64,000 nucleotides of DNA, taken from the NCBI GenBank assembly GCA_016839555.1, contig JAEOUA010000004.1, positions 23,894-87,893 of the forward strand, read 5' to 3'. Positions within the stretch are counted from its first letter, which is position 1, and each line of letters opens with the position of its first letter. Below are positions 57,396 to 64,000 of the stretch, one piece after another. The notes under the pieces are model-generated. The model was given only the letters and a program-made list of their open reading frames with translations, was not told where the DNA came from and searched no databases. The position numbers and the translations under genes are program-made. The stretch is from Promethearchaeota archaeon. Lineage in GTDB: Archaea > Asgardarchaeota > Lokiarchaeia > Sigyniarchaeales > SOKP01.

Positions 57396-57713
57396 ATTAT
57401 TTCAAGATAGGATATAAAAAAACTAAAAAATTATTAGATTTTATTATTTAGAACTTTTTTTTTGATTTTAATAAATATATTCTCTCAAAAATAATTTTAC
57501 ATTTTTCATAGTTCTATTTGATTTATTTTATAAATCTAAAAGATAATTCAGGTTAAATTTTTGTATAAAGAATATAAAACTTATTGATTTACGAATTAAT
57601 ATTAATTTATACAATTTTATATATTTTTTCATTATTTAACCTTTAAAATATTGAATTTTTATCCCATTGCGGAGAAATTTCAATAAAGGTTTTGATTTGA
57701 AGAGTGCTCAAAA

Positions 57714-58553
57714 TTAATAACCAACAATTCCATATTTTTTGAAGACTTTATTAAATATAAAAACTGTAATAATTGGAATGATTATGGCAGCAACCAATAT
57801 TATTATAAAGTGAAACCAATAGTCGGTTATTGTCAAAATAAAATTATCTTGAATCCAAGCCATTCGCAAAATAGTAAATATATAATAAAATGGATTTAAA
57901 GCAATTAAAAATTGAACCGATTCTGGAAAAATTTCAAAAGGATATGATATGCAACTTGCCCAAAAAATTAATTTCAAAGCAATACTTAGAAATCTCCAAA
58001 TGCTCTCGTTGGATAAAGCAAACACTCCGAGAAATAGACCAATTCCACTAAAAATTAATGCTATTAGCATATAAATAAATATAACAAAGAAAAAAGTCCA
58101 TAGAGATATGGGGTATATAATTAGAGTCATAATAAAAAAGAGTATAAATGGAAGAGAAATAATAATCAAATGAGATAAATAAATGCCAAATAATAAATCA
58201 TAGCGGTTAAAAGGTGCAATTAATAAAGCAGGAATAGTTTTCCAAAACTTCTCTTGTCTTAAATTTACTGGAAAATCAGTAATTATTTGTTTAAGCAGAT
58301 ATAAATTATAGGTACTCAGAACAAAAACAGCATAATTTTCGGGAGTCCATGGACCAAACGTTTCATTAAAGCTAAATAATTTATTAAAAATAATAAGGGG
58401 CATAAGAATAGTAATAATGGGATTAATAAATCCATATACTAAATGAAATTTAAACCGTGTTTCTAGCTTTATATTTTTTTCAGTAAGGGCTAATACTTGT
58501 GAGACATTATGCTTTAAAGTATTCTTTATTAATCTATATCGTTTTCCAAACAT
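57714..58553 (-). CDS. ABC-2 type transporter permease
   Basis: Six TM helices; ISYPFEIFP....ALNPFYY...R; adjacent to an ABC ATPase. Confidence 0.85.
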   Translation of the reverse strand: MFGKRYRLIKNTLKHNVSQVLALTEKNIKLETRFKFHLVYGFINPIITILMPLIIFNKLFSFNETFGPWTPENYAVFVLSTYNLYLLKQIITDFPVNLRQEKFWKTIPALLIAPFNRYDLLFGIYLSHLIIISLPFILFFIMTLIIYPISLWTFFFVIFIYMLIALIFSGIGLFLGVFALSNESIWRFLSIALKLIFWASCISYPFEIFPESVQFLIALNPFYYIFTILRMAWIQDNFILTITDYWFHFIIILVAAIIIPIITVFIFNKVFKKYGIVGY

Positions 58554-58569
58554 ATTTTATCATTAATTA

Positions 58570-59490
58570 TTAAACTAATTTTAAAAATAAATCTTCTAAG
58601 GATTGTTTTACTTCACGGATTTTTAAAATATCATAATTGCTTAAAATGGAAATAAAAAGTGGATAAGCTTCTCTATTTTTTAAGTTGATATTCATTCCAA
58701 TATTACTAGCTTGTATTGAATTTATATAATTCTCATTTTTTAATTCAGCAATTAACTTCTTTTTTTGATTTTCTTCCACTTCAATATATATATCAATATC
58801 GGTTTTTAATAAATCATCGATTTGGGAAGTTTTTAATATTTGTAAGATCTTGCCATGATTGATAAAAGCTACTCGGTCGCATAATTTTTCGACAACACTC
58901 ATATCATGACTCGTTAGAAAGATGGTTTTATCTTGTTTTTTTAAAATATTGACGATAAAAGAAATTGATTTTACATCTAATCCTAAGGTAGGTTCATCTA
59001 AAAATAAAAGATCCCGTTCTAATAAAAGTGTTCTGCAGAGAGCTAATTTCATTTTCATACCGCTGGAAAAGTTTTCCACATATTCATAAAGCCATTTTTC
59101 TAAGCCAAATTCTTCAACATGCTTTTTAATCTTTTCTCTATAATTAGGAACATTATAGATCTTGCAAAAAAATTTTAGATTATCGTAAGCAGTTATTCGA
59201 TAATAGAGCATATCACTTTCTAACATTAAGGAGACTTTAGATTTCGCCTTTCTAGGCTCTCTAAGAACATTATATCCCTCTATTGTAGCATACCCCGAAG
59301 TGGGGGTTTTTAAAGTGGTGAGAATTGATATAAGGGTTGTTTTACCTGCTCCATTAGGACCTAATAACCCAAAAATTTCACCCATATCAATTGAAATGTT
59401 CACATTATCAAGAGCGGATATTGTGCTATTTTTTTCCTTTAAATGATAAATCTTTGTTAAATTGAAGGTTTCAATTATTTTCTCGGGCAT
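58570..59490 (-). CDS. ABC transporter ATP-binding protein
   Basis: GPNGAGKTT, FSSGM, FLDEPT, TSH. Confidence 0.94.
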   Translation of the reverse strand: MPEKIIETFNLTKIYHLKEKNSTISALDNVNISIDMGEIFGLLGPNGAGKTTLISILTTLKTPTSGYATIEGYNVLREPRKAKSKVSLMLESDMLYYRITAYDNLKFFCKIYNVPNYREKIKKHVEEFGLEKWLYEYVENFSSGMKMKLALCRTLLLERDLLFLDEPTLGLDVKSISFIVNILKKQDKTIFLTSHDMSVVEKLCDRVAFINHGKILQILKTSQIDDLLKTDIDIYIEVEENQKKKLIAELKNENYINSIQASNIGMNINLKNREAYPLFISILSNYDILKIREVKQSLEDLFLKLV

Positions 59491-59866
59491 TATTTATTAT
59501 ATATTGATTAGAAATTAATCAAATAATACGCAACTTAGTTATAGTTTTATAATTTTTAATAATAAATTAAATTTTTGTGAAATAGACAGACTAATCTAAA
59601 GTAAGGAAAATATTTTGTTTATTTTAAGTCTATAAAACCTTCATTAGTCTTAATAAAAAATTAAATTATTAAATAATAAATTTTTGAATATTTATAAGGA
59701 AATTTTATTATTCTTCAGCTCTTTAGCAATTTTGGAAGATTTTCAAGAAAAAATAAAGAAGAAAAGCATTTAACTTTTTAATTTTTTTAAAAGAAAATCC
59801 AAATAATAAATTATTTTAATTAAATATTATTAAATTTAATTATAAATAATTAAATACTGTTTAAAA

Positions 59867-60109
59867 ATGACTGAAGAAAATAATCATAAGGTAAAATATA
59901 CAACGGTTTCAATCCCTAAACCATTGGTTAAAAAAATTAAGGAAAGAATGAAAGGAACGGGATTCTCTTCTGTTTCTAGCTATGTGACCTATGTGCTTCG
60001 ACAAGTCTTATCCTCTATCGAAGAAGAAGAAAAATCAAGTCAAGCATTTTCAAAAGAAGAGGAAGAAATGGTAAAAAAACGATTAAGGGATCTTGGGTAT
60101 ATAGATTAA
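59867..60109 (+). CDS. Ribbon-helix-helix (CopG-family) regulator
   Basis: YTTVSIPKPLV.KI.....GFSSVSSYVTYVLR; tail EEEEMVKKRLRDLGYID. Confidence 0.82.
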   Translation: MTEENNHKVKYTTVSIPKPLVKKIKERMKGTGFSSVSSYVTYVLRQVLSSIEEEEKSSQAFSKEEEEMVKKRLRDLGYID

Positions 60110-60142
60110 TATCAATTTTCTATAATATTAGTTGAGTGAAAA

Positions 60143-61288
60143 ATGATTGAACCACATGGAGGAACATTAATCAATAAAGCCCTCCCAAAATTAGAAAAAG
60201 AAAAAATAATAGAAGAAGCACACGAATTTATTTCTATTAAAGTGAATAAATCTAAATGGAAAGAAATTAAAAATATATCATATGGCGTGTTCAGTCCATT
60301 AGAAGGATTTATGAATCAAAATGAGATGCTTAATGTATTAGAGCATATGTATTTAGAAAATAATATTGCGTGGCCAATTCCTATTATTTTAGATGTATCA
60401 ACAGCAGAAATAAAGGATTTAAAAATAGACGACAATTTGTTACTAATAAGTTTATCGGGAAAACCCCTAGCGTTACTAAATATTGAGGATATTTATGAAT
60501 ATGATAAGAAATATTTTGCGCAAAAAGTATATGGAACATTAAATTCTTCTCATCCAGGGGTAAAGAAGGTTATAAATCAAAAGGATTCATTAGTGGGTGG
60601 TGAAATTTTCTTAATCGATGAACTACCTTCAGAATTTCCTGAATTGGATTTGAAACCTATTGAAACGAGAGTTTTATTCAAAACAAAAAAATGGGACCAA
60701 GTTGTAGCATTTCAAACACGCAATCCTCCCCATTTAGGGCATGAGTATGTCCAGAAAGCAGCATTAACTTTCAAAGATGGTCTTTTTATAAACCCTGTAA
60801 TAGGCAAAAAAAAACCGGGAGATTTTCTCGATATAGTTATTATTGAGGCTTATAAAACGCTAATAGATAATTATTTTCCAGAAAATAGAGTAGTTATGAG
60901 CACTTTTGAAACAGAAATGAGATACGCAGGCCCGAAAGAAGCCATATTTCATGCAATAGCTCGAAAAAATTTTGGATGTGATTACATTATTATTGGACGA
61001 GACCATGCGGGAGTTGGAGATTTTTATGGCCCTTATGAAGCTCATGAAATATTTAGACATTTTCCAGATTTAGAAATTGAACCTTTGTTTTTCAGATCAT
61101 TTTCTCGTTGTAATATCTGCAATTCAGTAGTAAATGATAAAATATGTCCACATCCCCAAAAGGATCATACTTTTTTTAGTGGTACAAAAATAAGAGATCT
61201 AATAAAATCAGGAAAAAAACCCACTCCGGATATTATGAGACCTGAAGTAGCAGAAGTGATTTTAAAATATAAGAATCCTTTCTGTTAA
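60143..61288 (+). CDS. sat: Sulfate adenylyltransferase
   Basis: FSPLEGFM, AFQTRNPPHLGHE, MRYAGPKEA, GRDHAGVG, SGTKIR, MRPEV. Confidence 0.96.
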   Translation: MIEPHGGTLINKALPKLEKEKIIEEAHEFISIKVNKSKWKEIKNISYGVFSPLEGFMNQNEMLNVLEHMYLENNIAWPIPIILDVSTAEIKDLKIDDNLLLISLSGKPLALLNIEDIYEYDKKYFAQKVYGTLNSSHPGVKKVINQKDSLVGGEIFLIDELPSEFPELDLKPIETRVLFKTKKWDQVVAFQTRNPPHLGHEYVQKAALTFKDGLFINPVIGKKKPGDFLDIVIIEAYKTLIDNYFPENRVVMSTFETEMRYAGPKEAIFHAIARKNFGCDYIIIGRDHAGVGDFYGPYEAHEIFRHFPDLEIEPLFFRSFSRCNICNSVVNDKICPHPQKDHTFFSGTKIRDLIKSGKKPTPDIMRPEVAEVILKYKNPFC

Positions 61289-61348
61289 ATATTTAAAGAT
61301 TTAATTTCAATTGAATTGATAAATGAAAATAAAATTTGTGAATAATAA

Positions 61349-61879
61349 ATGGAACATAAAGGTTTCACACTATGGTTTACAGGGTTAGCATGTTCAGGAA
61401 AGACTGTACTTGCTGATGCCGTTGCTGAAGATTTAAAAAAGAGAGGAATGAAAGTAGAGCGCCTTGATGGAGATATAGTTCGAGAAAGTTTAACAAGCGA
61501 TTTAGGTTTTAGCGAAGAGGATAGAAATGAAAATATAAAAAGAGTAACCTTTGTTGCCAAATTATTATCTCGAAATGGTGTGGCGGTCTTGGCCTCTTTT
61601 ATATCTCCTTATAATAAAATTCGGGCTTATTCGAGAAATGAAATTGACGATTATATTTTAGTATATGTAAAATGTCCAATAAAAGTGTGCGAACAAAGAG
61701 ATGTAAAAGGGATGTATGCTAAAGCGAGAGCGGGTGAAATTAAAAACTTCACAGGTATTGACCATCCATTTGAGGAACCCAATCATGCAGATATAATTGT
61801 TGAAACAGATAAACAGAGTGTTGAGGAAAGCAAACAAATTATATTAAATGCTTTAGAAAAGATGGGATATTTACTTTAA
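61349..61879 (+). CDS. cysC: Adenylyl-sulfate kinase
   Basis: WFTGLACSGKT, LDGD.VR, RDVKGMY.KA..GEI.NFTGID.PFE.P. Confidence 0.96.
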   Translation: MEHKGFTLWFTGLACSGKTVLADAVAEDLKKRGMKVERLDGDIVRESLTSDLGFSEEDRNENIKRVTFVAKLLSRNGVAVLASFISPYNKIRAYSRNEIDDYILVYVKCPIKVCEQRDVKGMYAKARAGEIKNFTGIDHPFEEPNHADIIVETDKQSVEESKQIILNALEKMGYLL

Positions 61880-62037
61880 ATGAAAGAAAACATTTAAAGA
61901 AGTCTCATTTTCAATCATTCTCAGAATTTGAATAATAAATTTTATAATTTTTAATAATGTTAATCATAAATTAAAATTATAATTATATTATAAGATTGCC
62001 ATAATTTAGGAAAAAATAGAAAAATATAAAAAAAAAA

Positions 62038-62679
62038 TTAGTTTTTTAAAAAATATAGAGTTTTATCGGATCTTTTATCTTTTATAACAATATCTATATT
62101 TTGAAGTAATTTCAGATATTTAGCAACGGTATTGAAATGCATAGATAAATCGTCTGCTATTCTCGTTTTAGTAACTCCGATATTATTTCTTTTTAAATAA
62201 TGAATTATTTGTTTACTTTTTGGTTTATTGATGATAAACTGTTTTTCCATTTCTTTTGGAATTGTTTCTGAGGCAAAAAAGGCATCATGTCCTTGGATTT
62301 TTTCCTTTGATATAAAATCAAATTTCTTTAGCATTTTTAAATGCCAGAAAATTTCATAATTACTGATTTTCAATTCAGACATAATTTTGTTGGGAATTGA
62401 TCCAGGATGTTTCTTTATAAATTCATATATCGCCTTTCTTTTAGAATTTTTTAAGATTTCATTTTTGGTTAATTTTGAACCCTCTACAATTATTCTTCTA
62501 TTTAACAATATTGAGAGAATTTTTTTTATTCCATTTTGATTTAAATTTATACCTTTTTTAGAAAGTTTTGTTTTAATATAGGGAATGATTTTCTTGACTT
62601 TAAATGTTCTATTGTCTTCTAAATAACTATTAATTGTCTGAATAACCTCTTTTTTCATGGTTAATGAATTATTATCCAT
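62038..62679 (-). CDS. Multi-winged-helix DNA-binding protein
   Basis: R..IYEFIKKHPG...WHLKML..F and TKTRIADDLSMHFNTVAKYLKLL HTH motifs; GGAGG SD upstream. Confidence 0.82.
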   Translation of the reverse strand: MDNNSLTMKKEVIQTINSYLEDNRTFKVKKIIPYIKTKLSKKGINLNQNGIKKILSILLNRRIIVEGSKLTKNEILKNSKRKAIYEFIKKHPGSIPNKIMSELKISNYEIFWHLKMLKKFDFISKEKIQGHDAFFASETIPKEMEKQFIINKPKSKQIIHYLKRNNIGVTKTRIADDLSMHFNTVAKYLKLLQNIDIVIKDKRSDKTLYFLKN

Positions 62680-62714
62680 CTTATCAAAACCTCCTAAAAT
62701 TATAAGAACCTCTT

Positions 62715-64000
62715 TTATTTTAGTTGCTTTTTCTTCAGTTCAACCATCTTGTTCAGGAGATCTTCTCTTTCTTTACTTTCAAGAGATAATAATTCTCTAA
62801 CAAGATCTTTCTCATCCTTTTCTTCAAATTCGAGAAATTTTATTTTTTCCCAGAAATCTATTGGTAATGAAACTAAATTTGAATCTAACTCTATTTCTTT
62901 GAAAAGTTCTGCATTCTTATTTTCTTCTGTAATATTATTAGTTTCCCCTTTTTTATATATGTGTTTTTTATCATCTCCTTTGACTTCTCCTAGTTTTTTT
63001 GCTTCTCTTTTTGATTTTGCTTCTCTATCCTCAGAAATGCTTTTAACACTCCACTCTTTATTTAATTCTCCTCGTTTTATTTCTGCTCTTTTTACGAAAT
63101 CCTGGCCTTTAGTGGGTTTTGATAATTTTTGTTCCTTTTTTGATACTAATTTTTGCTCAGATTTTTTTTTTCGTATCATATATATCGTTGTTGGAATAGA
63201 TACTCCAATTGCCGCACCTATGATTATTATAATTATAATATTTTGTATGGATATGAGTGTCGTAGAACTTTCTTGATCACCTGGAATAATAAATGGAAAG
63301 TGAGATTCTAATTCTGCCAAGCAATAATAAGACAACGAGTCTGCTGAATATTCTACATAATTTCCTTCAGGATTTATTGTTATATCTTCTGACACCCAAA
63401 TCGAACTCTGAAGCGTTTCAGACCACTCATAATGAAATAATTTCAGATTTGATGGATTTGATACATTATTAGGATTATAAAAAAGTCGCATTTGCATATC
63501 AACTACACAACTTTCATCCTCCATTAAACTCTCATTATATACTTTAAAAGAATAAAAGTATAAAGAATTCAGATTACCCGTGAGATTGTCTATACCATAT
63601 AAATTAATTATGGCTCTGTCAACCTCTAAATAGGCGACAGCATTCGTTGTAATATTTATTTGTAACCCATATTCCGAAAACAAATCTATCTGTGTCAGTC
63701 CTGGATTTAATCGGTAATAATAATCATAACAAGAGAAATATCGTATATCGGAGGAATAAACATTTCCAAAGGAATCATTGCCGAATACTTGAATGAAGTG
63801 AGGTCCATTTTCAGGCATGGGAATAGTAGTATTCCCGTTAATGGTGATATTAGCTTGTACATCCAAGGAATAGCCCATCCACTCTAACTCGCTACTATTT
63901 GTAAAACTCAGTAATAAGCCTTCCTTGAGATTGTCTCCAATTTCATAATCAGGATCCCACGAGTATCCAACTGCGTCGACCCAAAAATTATGGGCACCTG
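62715..64000 (-). CDS. Large surface protein with a C-terminal TM and charged cytoplasmic tail (5' end lies beyond the window)
   Basis: The frame stays open from 63878 to the window edge (GAHNFWVDAVGYSWDPDYEIGDNLKEGLLLSF...WMGYSLD), so the listed ATG is internal. TM IIIIIIIGAAIGVSIPTTIYMI followed by RKKK. Confidence 0.8.
   Translation of the reverse strand, partial: GAHNFWVDAVGYSWDPDYEIGDNLKEGLLLSFTNSSELEWMGYSLDVQANITINGNTTIPMPENGPHFIQVFGNDSFGNVYSSDIRYFSCYDYYYRLNPGLTQIDLFSEYGLQINITTNAVAYLEVDRAIINLYGIDNLTGNLNSLYFYSFKVYNESLMEDESCVVDMQMRLFYNPNNVSNPSNLKLFHYEWSETLQSSIWVSEDITINPEGNYVEYSADSLSYYCLAELESHFPFIIPGDQESSTTLISIQNIIIIIIIGAAIGVSIPTTIYMIRKKKSEQKLVSKKEQKLSKPTKGQDFVKRAEIKRGELNKEWSVKSISEDREAKSKREAKKLGEVKGDDKKHIYKKGETNNITEENKNAELFKEIELDSNLVSLPIDFWEKIKFLEFEEKDEKDLVRELLSLESKEREDLLNKMVELKKKQLK

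Noticed and set aside
60143-61879. Evidence for dissimilatory sulfate reduction
   Set aside because: No aprAB, dsrAB or qmo in the window; pairing with CysC points to PAPS synthesis.
276-63276. Short antisense or overlapping ORFs in the track (e.g. 276-512, 7577-7912, 10023-10481, 29226-29552, 39000-39308, 40676-41038, 62749-63276)
   Set aside because: They are shadows of well-supported genes on the opposite strand or frame, with Ser/Ile/Phe-rich composition and no motifs.

Overview
Very AT-rich archaeal chromosomal window, most likely from an Asgard archaeon (Lokiarchaeia-like). This placement is an inference from the archaeal-type RadA, TyrS and PheRS, a Rab-like GTPase fused to a longin/uDENN-like domain, a giant surface protein with a cytoplasmic longin-like domain, a long LRR protein, a Vps29-like protein and a eukaryote-type SECIS hairpin. 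Most of the window is housekeeping and metabolism: aconitase, P-type Ca2+ ATPase, acdB, pgi-like, lysC, ppdK, coaD, pheS-pheT-pheA. A roughly 14 kb cell-surface glycopolymer locus (47.8-61.9 kb) combines glycosyltransferases, a TagF-family polymerase, a sulfotransferase, an ABC exporter and Sat/CysC PAPS synthesis. The main result is a selenoprotein missed by the ORF track. The 80-aa minus-strand ORF 6336-6578 continues upstream through one in-frame TGA (6582-6584) into a HesB/CC-Se-like N-terminus, and a well-formed AUGA-stem-AAA-stem-GA SECIS (6297-6331) lies 4 nt after its stop codon. Other points of note are a HEPN-MNT islet bracketed by a duplicated 3' end of acdB, a bacterial-type RNase PH, and two disrupted genes in the glycan locus. 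I saw no rRNA, tRNA, CRISPR array, integrase or transposase. All family assignments come from motif recognition by eye; no searches were run.
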